Assembly (NCBI GenBank): GCA_047495785.1
Contig: JBLDXI010000007.1
Location: 434,001-498,000 of the forward strand
DNA from: Lepidodermella squamata
Lineage: Eukaryota > Animalia > Gastrotricha
Direction: 5' to 3'
Length of the DNA: 64,000 nt
The notes beneath the pieces are model-generated. The model did no database searches and was not told where the DNA came from. It saw nothing but the letters and a program-made list of their open reading frames with translations. Shown piece after piece: positions 1 to 14,313 of the stretch. Position 1 is the first letter of the stretch. Every line of letters begins with the position of its first letter. Position numbers and translations under genes: made by a program.

Positions 1-2418
<2,418 letters not shown>

Positions 2419-2941
2419 ATAGCCGTCCAACTCGAATAGCTGCATGATTGTTGGCCTCTATCTCGTTCGTGCTTGACGACTTCGTAATGCAACGCGTCTT
2501 TTGCTGCTTCTCATTATACCTGGAAAATTTTAGTAGCGATTTGTCTCTCTCTTTCTTATAATTAACCGTGGTCTAGCCACGCAAAACAAAAATTGCGAAA
2601 AAATCATGTGGTCTTTTTTAGCTCATCTTGGTGTTTATTATTTCATCGGTTTTTTTCGATGTCGACAGATCGGAATGACTAAAACTCAACTTATTATTAT
2701 CGCCAACATTATTGTCGTGTATAATTTTCGGTTAACTTCTCTAAAAATAGGGACGTGTCTCGTGTAATCATCAACTGCGCAATGTTCGTTATTCGTCCAT
2801 CTTCTTTTAGTCATTTGTATCTCGTCTGTCTAATTACTATATAATAATTATATGTAATAACCGGAATAATATTATCATGACACGTCAATAAAATATGCGG
2901 TGTTCGTCAATTATTAATTGTGTTTTTGCCATTTTAGAGAA

Positions 2942-4581
2942 ATGTACCAATTTACAAGAGTTGATTTTAACGAGCCGCATTATGAGTTCAATCCTACTCA
3001 TGCAGCCCAGCCCGAAGCACCGGTGGAGAGTGAAATGCTAGTTGGTTACGAAGTGAGTCGTTGAACTACTTCTATTAGTTTAGGCTGAATTATTTTGAAA
3101 TTTTAGAAAGACCGTTTTGCTGCACCAGTCGATGATGAATTCATATGTGCAATATGCCTCGGAGTTCTAAGAAAGCCTATTCAATTACCGTGTGAACACA
3201 TGTTTTGTGATGTAAGTTCGTTCATCTAAAAAATTTATGGGCTGATTTCAGTAACATTTTGCTACAGAATTGCATTAAGAGGTGGCACTTGGATAACAGA
3301 GCGTGTCCAAATTGTCGGCGAGTTGTGAATGGCCTTCAGAACTGCAATCCTCCAAGCCGTGCTGTAAGTTGTCAAATATTCAATTTTTAAGAAGGATCTT
3401 GCATCTTTTCATATTTCAGCTTCTCAGTTTACTCAATAAAATTCCGATTCGATGCTCATTCGTTAACGATGGTTGTAAAGATCTCTTCAATGTTACTAAC
3501 ATCGATCGGCACGAGGTGAAATGTGATTTCCGTCCAGTGGCGTGCCCTCTGCGGGGCTGTTCCGAAACGGTGGCGAAAAGCGCGTTAGCAAGGCACATCG
3601 CTGAATGCAAATTGCGTGCAACTGTTTGCCCGACTTGTGAATTATCGCTTAAAAACAACGAAAGCCATTCGAAGGACGACTGCATCGTCGCCTTAAAACG
3701 CGCTCTCAGAGATTGCGTTGATGTTATCGTATCGAACTCGAATCGCCCTCAGCCTCAAACAACACAACAGCCGGCAGCCGTTCAAGCACCACCTTTAGTC
3801 GTCGGCTTCCCTCATCTGCCCCACTTGCCGCCCGATGGCTATATGCAGCATCAGCATCAACCTCCTACATTTGTGGAGGATCCACCTTATCACATTGTCC
3901 ATAACGTGACCACCGATGAACGTGAGTAAATTTAAACTGAATTTTCTCAATTACTTATTATTTTTCTCGTAGAATCTGATAACACCTCTCACTATGCCGC
4001 AAATGCAACGGCAACCAATGACGATGACGATCGTTCATCGGTATTAAGCTGGGGAGCAGTTGAGTGAGTTGATTTTTTCTGAATATTTTTCGCATGGTTC
4101 ATTCATTTTTATTTGCAGTCAAAACTACGGTGGGAATGTGGAAATCGACTTGACTAGTAATGCATACGAGGTCGAGCAAGATTTCGTTCTCGGTGAAGAG
4201 CTTGATGGCTTGCTAGGTCATCAACCGTATAGTATGGAGGCCACAGATAACTCCGATTCTGATGACGAGGACTCGGCGGGTGAATCTGATGAAAGTGTTG
4301 CGGGGACACATTCGGACGCTATAAGTTGGCATTCAATGGATCGAACCGGCGTTGCAGCCGATACAACCAACGACGAGGGCAACGATGAGTCATTCAACGA
4401 GATTCTTGACGAAAATGATCTAACAACTGGGCACGATGATTCGTTCAATGAAGTTCCCGAAAATGACCACTCCTCCATACCATCGCCAGACGGCTCGGAC
4501 AATAGTCAACCCCTAAACACCAGTGGTTCGGAATCTCGTATGCGTAAACGGAGACGACATCAAACGGACGATTCGTCTTGA
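2942..4581 (+). CDS. RING-HC plus TRAF/SINA-type zinc finger E3 ligase (RNF41/RNF151-like) with acidic C-terminal tail; exons 2942-3052, 3107-3211, 3268-3363, 3420-3921, 3973-4063, 4119-4581
   Basis: Spliced translation gives GYEKDRF..DDEFICAICLGVLRKPIQLPCEHMFCDNCIKRW....ACPNCR, then IRCSF..GC...HEVKCDFRPVACP..GC. Five GT-AG introns of 51-56 nt keep the frame. Confidence 0.85.
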
Positions 4582-4931
4582 ACATTCATTGTTATGGATT
4601 TAACTGCTGAAAAATTCGTGCTCTTTCTATAACTATAATTAGAGGTCTTGTTTGTTAAAGAAATCTTATAATAAAACAAATTCGGTGTCGGTAAAGTTGC
4701 TCTGTTATATGTAATGTATTTTGTTTATGTTGATACCAACTTCGTTTGTAAACTGATCGCTCGTCAAGCGCTGAAAGAAAATAAAACAAAGCGTTATCAA
4801 AAGAGATTTTTTATTGTCGGTTCATAATCAATACACGACGGTGATCGTGACCACTGCTTTGAAAAATATGAATAAATAGTCTTGATTAGCGATTGAACAA
4901 AAGGAAAGAAGATAAAATTCGAGTTATTGTG

Positions 4932-5620
4932 TCATGCTGTCAGCATAACCCTTTCTTCTTGCTGGTTTGCCTTTTGAGGGCTCGTTTTTGGAACTTCAGG
5001 CAATTTAAGCTCAGGTTCAACTGCATGTGTAGGCACTTCTGGTAGATGATCAGCTATCTGTTCAGCCAGCATTCTTTGGTACTCCTCTTCGACATCTGTT
5101 TCGTCCGCAGTAGTCAGATTTCCCGATAAAATAGCACCGACTTCGCGTTGGAACTCCATCGCCTCACGCGTCTCATCCATTACACGCTGCACATCCTCGA
5201 TGTTCATAGCTGTCTGTAGCTTCTTCAACATAGCATTGCCCTCTTTCAAGCCTTGAACGACTTCTTTTTGCAGTTGGGCCAAATCGATGGTTTCTATCAT
5301 GTGTTCGATATTCTCCAATTCCCCTTGAGCATTAGAGTGGAGTCTTTCAAGGAATTTCTTCTTTCGAAGAAGCAGTTTTGCCAAGTCAATTTTCTTCTGA
5401 GCTAATAGGTTTCCCGCGGCCGTGCGGTCTCGATCCATCTGCCCTTCGAGCCGTTTGATGTACTGCTGTAATTTATCACGAACCTGCTTGAGCTCCTAAA
5501 ATTTATCAATCCAATTACCGCATTTTCGCAATATGTCACCATTGAACTTACCAGAATTTGCATGTCTGTATCGGTAACCTTAGGTTTGGGCGGATGCTTC
5601 TTGCCAAATAAGTTGCCCAT
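4932..5620 (-). CDS. CHMP6: Charged multivesicular body protein 6 (VPS20, ESCRT-III); exons 5620-5552 and 5495-4932
   Basis: N-myristoylation start MGNLFGKK, Snf7 domain (LKQVRDKLQQY, AKLLLRKKKF, LKEGNAMLK), acidic C-terminus with LPEVP; 56-nt intron. Confidence 0.92.
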
Positions 5621-7519
5621 CTTGACTTTAACAGATCTATTAGAAAATCGAGAGGTTCAATATGTAACTCATCACCAAGTGATCTATTAGCAGTAAAAAC
5701 TAAAAGCAGCTGAATCAGTCTTTCAATTTGTTCAACACCCTGACTCCCTCGTTCAAACCGATGTGAAATGGGGTGTGTTAGCAGCCACGAAATTATCGAC
5801 GCCACAGGAGGGCAGTGCATTTGAGAAAGTTGAAATGGAAAATTAGAAAAAATTAATGAGGTCATGGATGCAGTACTCGGATGGACAGGGAGCCGATCAC
5901 CAGCGGGTAGGAAACAAGCGCATCATCAAGCGCATTGATGGCTTTTACACCTTACAACCGTATATTGCGATTTAACAATGCGACTTCGACTGGGAAAACC
6001 CGTGTCATCAATTCCCAAGTATTCAGGGTCAGGTTTGAACTTGGAACAATGTGCAACGGAGTACGAAAAATGTTTCAAAGAAAACGGTGTGACCCACTAT
6101 GAAACCTACTTGTTGCTTGAGCTCGACGACGATTTCCAGTAGATGCGGGGTCTTTCCGCTAACTCGCGGACGAAACGGCCTGTCTGACAACTTCGCGCCA
6201 CCGATAACCACATAGGGTTAACGTTGTAATATTGTAGGGTGTATTATCAGCTTCCATTATCCGATCAGTAGCTGATCACTGTATTCGGCGTTATGCTTGA
6301 AAATTTCGATAAGTTAGATGAGTTTTCGCTGCGAAAGCATTGAGGCCAACTTATTTCTCAAAACAAGGGAAGGCGCATCTCAAAAAAGTGCCATCAAACA
6401 TACTCAGAAATTTTACTTAACAACCCTGAACCCGAATTCCTTCAAACCTCCGAGGCGCATCTGCTCTCCCACCAGTCGTCGAGAAAGCTGAAAACGATGA
6501 CCCGAAGACTGCCAAGATCGCGGCGATGATTCAACCATCTGGAAAACATTGCTTATTCCATTTTCACATATATTATTTTTGTAAATAATACGCAGTGAGC
6601 CGTTATTACTATTAAAAGCTATCAGTCACGCGGCATAGTAGTTTTTTCCAAAAATGTTTTCGCTCTTTTTCGCGTTTTGCGTTTTCCTTTGAGCCTGCCC
6701 CCTCAGCTCTCGCCGTTTGCTCCCCTTTGCCTTGCTTCCACGTGAGGTTAAGCACCTTAGTTCTTGCAGCTAGTTTTTGTTTTCTATCTTCTATTCGGAG
6801 ACATAGCCAGGTGTTTAGCGGCAAGTGAAGCCCTATCGAGTATTAAATCTAGTGCTCGAGTTTCAACGTGTTTAATGTTGAAGGCTTAGAGCACGGACGA
6901 TCGAATTATGGTCGTTTCAGCAGACCAGGAATCCGTAGCCCGAGATACTCAATCAGAATTGTTGAAAGTTGTTCGCCCAATTCAACTCAACTCGTACCGT
7001 GCCGAACGGGACCGAACCATTTAAAACAAACTGTCATTTCAGCTAGAAGTGTAAATATCTAGTTAGATAGAGCATTACTGACTTGACTTGACTTGATACT
7101 TATAAGCATTCTATAGTATTGCATGCCGATGAACATAATACAAATCTGCCGGCCTGACTTTGTGCTTTGTGCTTCATATGCATAGATCATACCATATATA
7201 TTAACCTACAACACGTTCAAATACATTTCAAATACATTTCCATCGCATGGAACGCATGGTTGGCCATCATGGTTGCATGATTGCAAGTTTCGTCTTAGGA
7301 AACTTAAATTCTTTAAGTAGCGATTCTTAACAGGCTAGCACATTAACATTAGTCGGTGTTCTAACATCAATTTTTCTGGACGCTACGCACGTTTTCACAT
7401 AATTTAAAGTCTACTAAGCAGCGTAAACTGCTATGCAGTAAATTTATAGCTAAACGTGCGTGAATTGCTTATAGGTTTATTTCAGTTAGAGTCGTTGATT
7501 CTTGAAGTTATTCGAGTTA

Positions 7520-8629
7520 ATGGAACACGAGTCATTACTCACCGCTATTCAGTCGAATGCAATCGATGAAATTTTGGTTCTTCTCGAGAAAGGAGTAAAC
7601 CCATGTGAAATCTTCAAGGATAACAATCGTCATCCTACTGCGATTCACTTCGCCGTGCACGTCCGAAATTCGAAAATCCTGTCGTTACTCTTAAGCGTCT
7701 GCAAAGAAGCAGAGTTACAGGCAGCTTTATGTACGCCGTTTTCCGGTTTCGATAGCCCTCTGCATTTTGCAATCTCACGTCTTGACGTTGAAACTGTGAG
7801 GTTATTGCTTTCTTATGGAGCTGATCCCAATTTAATAGTTACTAAAGCCTCTGGAACAACACCTCTGATGTCTATCCCTAATTTTGTTGTCGAAGAATCA
7901 AAGGAGAGAACCAGACGTTTCGAAATGATTTCACTTCTATTCGAATTTGGTGCTGACCCCGACTTGCCATCTAAATCAAGAGAAACTCCTCTTCACCTTC
8001 TTGCTCATCTAGCTAGCGCAGATCCAGATTCAGCCTCTCTTCTTTTGGATAAAGCATCTTCTGCATCATACACTGAACTAGGCTCAGATGATTCTCCGCC
8101 GTTTTCTCAAACTCCACTGGCTGCCTCAGTACGATCTCTTTGTGGGCTGTTCAGTGGGATGGTTATAAGTGGTACAACCGAGGTTTCAACAAAAGAGAGA
8201 ATTCGTGCTCATCGAATTGTAAAATTTGCAATTTTGCCCTTGATGCGGAATGGAGCGATTGCTCAACCCGATTTATTTTCTACCTCTTTCGACATTGTTC
8301 GAATCTCATTATCTCATGCGTTACTCAGTGGTGTGCTATCAGATAAACATCGTTATTATTTTTTGAACTTGTTGATTGCTGCTCGCTTGAAGAGTGATAT
8401 TGATTTCTACTCGCTACCTTTTCGTATTCACACGCAGTTTCCAGATTATTTTTTCGACTTGCTGACTTGTTTACGCAAATTATTTCCGTTGAAATTACAA
8501 GACATGTGTCGAAATGCAATTTTAAAACAACTGACCTCAGACCCTAAGCTGCGTAATCAACATTTATCTCGCCTGCCATTGCCTCCAGTTTTGATCTCAT
8601 ATTTACGATTTGAAGAGTTTGATATTTGA
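7520..8629 (+). CDS. Ankyrin repeat and SOCS box protein (ASB-like), intronless
   Basis: Ankyrin repeats (TAIHFAV, SPLHFAI..LLLSYGADPN, TPLHLLA) and C-terminal SOCS box PLKLQDMCRNAI...LPLPPVLISYL; first ATG at 7520. Confidence 0.85.
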   Translation: MEHESLLTAIQSNAIDEILVLLEKGVNPCEIFKDNNRHPTAIHFAVHVRNSKILSLLLSVCKEAELQAALCTPFSGFDSPLHFAISRLDVETVRLLLSYGADPNLIVTKASGTTPLMSIPNFVVEESKERTRRFEMISLLFEFGADPDLPSKSRETPLHLLAHLASADPDSASLLLDKASSASYTELGSDDSPPFSQTPLAASVRSLCGLFSGMVISGTTEVSTKERIRAHRIVKFAILPLMRNGAIAQPDLFSTSFDIVRISLSHALLSGVLSDKHRYYFLNLLIAARLKSDIDFYSLPFRIHTQFPDYFFDLLTCLRKLFPLKLQDMCRNAILKQLTSDPKLRNQHLSRLPLPPVLISYLRFEEFDI

Positions 8630-8689
8630 TTGCAGTAAACAATTTATTTGTGTAATCAATTTATTTGTTTGATTAGGGCTTGATTAAAA

Positions 8690-9226
8690 ATGGGTACTTA
8701 CAGCAATATTGCCATTAAAGTTGGCATGGTGATGGCTGTAGTCCTGTTTGCCTCACTTCAATACAGTAAGTTGGGATGGTCTGGTGGTTTTTCTAGCGTT
8801 GTTTCATTTGTTGTTTCCTGTTTAGGTTCCGGCTTGAAATGCTTCATTTGCAATTCGCATTACGACCCTGGCTGCGCTGACTGGTTCAACAACTTCACGT
8901 ACCCAATGAAAGACTGCGCGATGTACGGCAAGCCCAATGCCACGCTGTGTCGAAAAATGGTAATCGAAGCGTTTTACGACGGCGATTGGCGTTGGAGGTA
9001 CCATAGAGAGTGCGCTAATCACGGCGAAGTCGGCCCTTTCGACGGTCGTCTGTGCCACGACAGAGTCGGCACTTTCCGCGTCAAAGTTCGCTATTGCCAC
9101 TGCAACAACAAGGAGGGCTGTAATACCGGCGCTTACTTCCTTCCCTCAGCGCTAGGGTCTTACATGATACCACTGCTACTAGGACTTTTATTCCTTTCGA
9201 GTCCGTGGACTGTTGCGAATTTCTAG
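8690..9226 (+). CDS. Quiver/sleepless-like Ly6/uPAR three-finger protein, probably GPI-anchored; probable 60-nt intron at 8766-8825
   Basis: Signal peptide, LKCFICNS..DPGC, CRK, RECA, YCHCNNKEGCN, hydrophobic C-terminal tail. Confidence 0.8.
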   Translation: MGTYSNIAIKVGMVMAVVLFASLQYSKLGWSGGFSSVVSFVVSCLGSGLKCFICNSHYDPGCADWFNNFTYPMKDCAMYGKPNATLCRKMVIEAFYDGDWRWRYHRECANHGEVGPFDGRLCHDRVGTFRVKVRYCHCNNKEGCNTGAYFLPSALGSYMIPLLLGLLFLSSPWTVANF

Positions 9227-10434
9227 TTTTTTTGATGATTTTGATTGATTATGTTTGGTTTTTTTACTTCCTTCGGAAATGGTTGTGACCACTTGTTGCC
9301 ACGGTTGTGGATATAAGCATAAAGTCTGCTCTTTTTACCAAAAGAAATTTATTACTATTCATGTTTTAATCGCAGCTGAAAGCCTTCCCTGTAAATAAGG
9401 CAGGTTTATTGATAATACTGCACCGGAAATCATGGTTGTGACGCATTAAATGATAAATCGCCAATAAGTTGTGCTTTTTTACATTCGAGCTTCAAAATTT
9501 GTATAAAAACTGTAAGCTGACTGACAATATTTGATCAATTTTAATGTTGAAATTCCGATTCAAAGTGGTTGTGAATACAAATGTTGCTTCCTTAACTGTA
9601 TATTAATGGCTTGTTAATGTTTATTCGATCATTGTTATTTACTATGCTTGGCATTTACTGGATATTTTTAACGTTTTTAAAAGTAAAACTGAATCACGAT
9701 ACATACCGAGTGTTTTTTTTCACGCGAAGTATCCAGAATACAGTAGCTGTTTGCCAGGTTAGAAACCGGCGCGCTAAAATTTAAAATGGGAATGAACCGG
9801 CGAAAGAGTTCGAAAAAAATATGCTCAAGTTATGATAGCGCTGTAACCCAGAAATTCATAGTCAGGGCCTACTTGTTTTTACCAGTTGAATTGCCCTGCT
9901 GCTCTTAATCATTTGTCATTGTTGTCATTGTTCAATTCGAAACGGCACGACGGTTTAAAGTCAAAATATAGAGGTCTATAGGAGTCTAGGTTACCAATAA
10001 ATCAGCCAAAAATAAAGGTAAAATCGTCCAGACTTGCGGAAACCAGCATTCGATAGCCCAAGAATTCTTCTAACAAAATGTTTGTTGCTGATTTTTTTTC
10101 TAAATCTTTTTCTAAAAATGCACCTGGGTGGCAAAAGTAGGGAAAGTGACCGAATTTAGGGCGCAATGCTCTACTTCTAGCGATTATGATAACAAGCCGA
10201 ATATTGTTTGAGTTGGAATTTCATGGAACAGTCGAACGCTTCGGAGGTATGCGAAAGAATTGCTCGAATATTGGAAAATGGCTTTTTTCGGTCAGCGGTC
10301 AGTGTTAGTCCTGTTTTGCTGCTAGGCTATTCAGCTGCCCTGATCATCGGCGAGTTTATTTATTTCTCACGTTCAAATATGTTATTATATTTTATTTCGC
10401 TTTTCTCATCCTGTAAAATCGTTAATTTTAATGG

Positions 10435-10474
10435 AACACTGTTGCAACAACTTGTGGCCCTGAAAAGGGCCGGT
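10435..10474 (-). terminator. Histone 3' stem-loop plus conserved downstream 17-mer (H3)
   Basis: ACC GGCCCTTTTCAGGGCC ACAA GTTGTTGCAACAGTGTT on the minus strand. Confidence 0.95.
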
Positions 10475-10530
10475 CGGTACGCCTACTTGATGGCAGTAGA
10501 GGCGATTTTGTTCAGTAGTCAACTGGTGGT

Positions 10531-11543
<1,013 letters not shown>

Positions 11544-11613
11544 GAGCTTTGTTCCTGATTCGAGTTTTCGATTAGTCACCCGACCAACGGTGACGACATC
11601 AAACAGCCAACTA

Positions 11614-11653
11614 ACCGGCCCTTTTCAGGGCCACAAGTTGTTGCAACAGTGTT
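11614..11653 (+). terminator. Histone 3' stem-loop plus conserved downstream 17-mer (H4)
   Basis: Same 40-mer, identical. Confidence 0.95.
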
Positions 11654-12599
11654 GAATTTTGAGAACATAATTATTGCAAATAAAAGATTTTATCTGTGTT
11701 TCAGCTGTTTTTCCACAACAAACGCGGTATACGGCAGTGTATGAGGTATTGGAAACAAGGTAGTCAGCAGCGTGAAATTTAAACGAAATGAATTATCAAA
11801 GTACCCAATAATTACCCACAGCATTTCAGGTGCCTAAAGCTGCTGAAATCGGTAACGCATCAACCAAGTCCTAAGTGTAAACCAGCCACCATCGGGTGTC
11901 TTCGTTAAAGAAAACAGTCGAATTTTATCGTAACATCTCCGAGTATGGAAAAATTGGATATTAGTATAAGTCAAGGAATGTTCCTGTCGAAAAATATGAT
12001 GAGAGAAGACCAATTTTGATAAAAGTGTACGACACCGCCACTGTTCCGGCCAATTGAACCTTACCACGTTAGAGATTTCATTCCGTAATTAAATATTGAC
12101 AAAATCAACAAAATTAGAAAAACATCAAAACCTTCTTCAGAAAAAGCATGTTCTTCGTAACAAAGCAGTCTAGTTATTCAGCATCCTCGCCCGTCGTCGA
12201 CGTCCCGCAATGGCAATTGCTGTCGAGGACAAATCATAGGAACATTGTCATTTCGTTACCTGTTATTGTGCTTTGTTTCCGTAATACTGAAGTCGGAGAA
12301 ATATTATATTATTGATCACTTGATTAACCGGATGGAGACGTGATTTAAAGAAGTGATTTCATAATTATTATTTTTTGCTGTAAGTAGAAAAAAGCAGCGG
12401 AAACGTGGGCTATTGATTTTTGGAAAATTCTTCTTTCGCTCTTTCGCTTCCTGTATTTTGTGCGTATCAGAAGTTTGAGTACCTCCGGTTTGAAATGAAA
12501 ATTGCTGGTCTCTTTGCATTCTTGCCATGGATATATAGGGAACCATGCCAGCTACATCTACCTATAACCTGATATTTATTTGGTAGCCTAAAATGATAA

Positions 12600-12639
12600 A
12601 ACACTGTTGCAACAACTTGTGGCCCTGAAAAGGGCCGGT
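12600..12639 (-). terminator. Histone 3' stem-loop plus conserved downstream 17-mer (H2B)
   Basis: Same 40-mer, identical. Confidence 0.95.
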
Positions 12640-12680
12640 TCGGATGTGAGAAGACGACTGATGACGGTGTCTTCTAGCGC

Positions 12681-13055
12681 TTATTTCGAGCTGGTGTACT
12701 TGGTAACGGCCTTGGTACCCTCCGAGACGGCGTGCTTAGCGAGCTCACCAGGCAGGAGAAGGCGAACGGCTGTTTGTACCTCTCGGCTGCTGATGGTGGC
12801 CTTCTTGTTGTAGTGAGCCAGGCGCGACGACTCTAGGGCGATGCGCTCGAAGATGTCGTTGACGAACGAGTTCATGATAGCCATGGCCTTGCCGGAGATG
12901 CCGGTGTCCGGGTGGACTTGCTTCAACACCTTGTAGATGTAGATGTTGTACGACTCGCGGCGGCGATGACGCTTCTTCTTCTCGCCGGCGGTCTTCGGCT
13001 TCGCGGCCTTCTTCGAACCTTTCGACGCGACTTTACCAGTAACTTTAGGCGACAT
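12681..13055 (-). CDS. H2B: Histone H2B
   Basis: [21 protein letters not shown]...[21 protein letters not shown]; 3' stem-loop. Confidence 0.99.
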   Translation of the reverse strand: MSPKVTGKVASKGSKKAAKPKTAGEKKKRHRRRESYNIYIYKVLKQVHPDTGISGKAMAIMNSFVNDIFERIALESSRLAHYNKKATISSREVQTAVRLLLPGELAKHAVSEGTKAVTKYTSSK

Positions 13056-13321
13056 TGTTGTAGAGTGGTGATACTAGAGCGAAAATGATTGAACTTTCCG
13101 AACAATCAGCTCGTCGTTTTCGGGCGATATTTATAGGCCATGAGGTCACACGTGCGCTGATTATTCGGTCACACACAATTGTAGGTCACACGTGGCAGAG
13201 TGAACTCGTGCCATCAAATTTTCCCGCCATTTTCGCCTATTTAACCCGTGGATTATCTGCTTCAAATTTGTTCGTGCTCAGTTTTAACTTTTGCATTACT
13301 ACCATCAATTCAACTCTGACA
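13056..13321. promoter_or_regulatory. Bidirectional H2B/H2A promoter
   Basis: TATAAATA (minus, ~13128-13135), TATTTAA (~13238), three GGTCACAC copies, E2F-like TTTTCCCGCC 13219-13228. Confidence 0.75.
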
Positions 13322-13765
13322 ATGTCTGCTCCAGCTGCTGGTCGTGGTAAGGGTGGCAAGGCCAACCGTCAGAAGGCCAAGACCAAGTCGTCCCGAGCCG
13401 GTCTTCAATTCCCGGTCGGTCGTATTACCCGTCTGTTGAAGCGCGGTAACTACGCCGAGCGTGTCGGAGCCGGAGCGCCCGTCTACCTAGCTGCTGTTAT
13501 GGAGTACCTGGCTGCTGAAGTCCTCGAGTTGGCCGGCAACGCCGCTCGCGACAACAAGAAGACGCGTATCGTGCCTCGCCACATCCAACTGGCGATCCGC
13601 AACGACGAGGAGTTGAACAAACTGCTGTCTCACGTCACGATCGCTCAAGGTGGTGTTCTGCCCAACATCCAGACCGTCTTGCTGCCCAAGAAGTCGGCCG
13701 AGGCGCCCGCCGCCAAGCCGGCTTCTGGTGGCAAGAAGAAGGCCGCCGCTAGCCAGTCCCAGTAG
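13322..13765 (+). CDS. H2A: Histone H2A with extended C-terminal tail ending SQSQ (H2A.X-like); start at 13322 rather than 13085
   Basis: [44 protein letters not shown]; the ORF upstream of 13322 overlaps the promoter. Confidence 0.97.
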   Translation: MSAPAAGRGKGGKANRQKAKTKSSRAGLQFPVGRITRLLKRGNYAERVGAGAPVYLAAVMEYLAAEVLELAGNAARDNKKTRIVPRHIQLAIRNDEELNKLLSHVTIAQGGVLPNIQTVLLPKKSAEAPAAKPASGGKKKAAASQSQ

Positions 13766-13795
13766 ACGACGCCCATCTTTCGTCTACAAGCATGA

Positions 13796-13835
13796 ACCGG
13801 CCCTTTTCAGGGCCACAAGTTGTTGCAACAGTGTT
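13796..13835 (+). terminator. Histone 3' stem-loop plus conserved downstream 17-mer (H2A)
   Basis: Same 40-mer, identical. Confidence 0.95.
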
Positions 13836-14313
13836 TAACAATAACGATTACCTAATTATTTTTGATAATTGAGTCATGCAGTCAGTCCTTAGAGAAATGG
13901 CTAGTCCTTGGAGCAGCTACAAAAAAGTAATTATCAATGCATCATTTTTGCGTCAGCTTATATCTCGGGGGAGATCGATGAGAATTCCAGTTCGCAAAAT
14001 CGGGTAAAACGCTTTACGGTGAAAGGATCATGTCTCGCGCAATTAACAATTATCTAAAAAACATTAGGTAATTTCCTATGTCGCTGGTTTGATTTATTTT
14101 GAGCGCGTAATAAGCGGCTATTTTAATAAGTTGCTATTTTAAAAAAATTAGTCAGGCTGAAACGAGGCAAAATTGACCACCACGATACTTCGCTTTATTC
14201 GTCAACCTTTTCATCTAATAAAGTAAATACATCCGTCCCGCTTACTCGCGCTCTTCATCTTATAACTGGAGTACAATTTTCATCTTCTGCCCTCGTTGAT
14301 GACATAAATTTCT

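Noticed and set aside
5860-6550. Coding-like debris, including IPKYSGSGLNLEQCATEYEKCFKENGV (gag-like)
   Set aside because: Too short and interrupted; no LTR, PBS or second motif to support a retroelement call.
12150-12546. Possible small minus-strand gene downstream of H2B
   Set aside because: Could not build a consistent spliced ORF, and no recognisable motif.
13085-13321. 79-aa N-terminal extension of H2A in the ORF track
   Set aside because: Overlaps the bidirectional promoter and TATA boxes; the real start is 13322.
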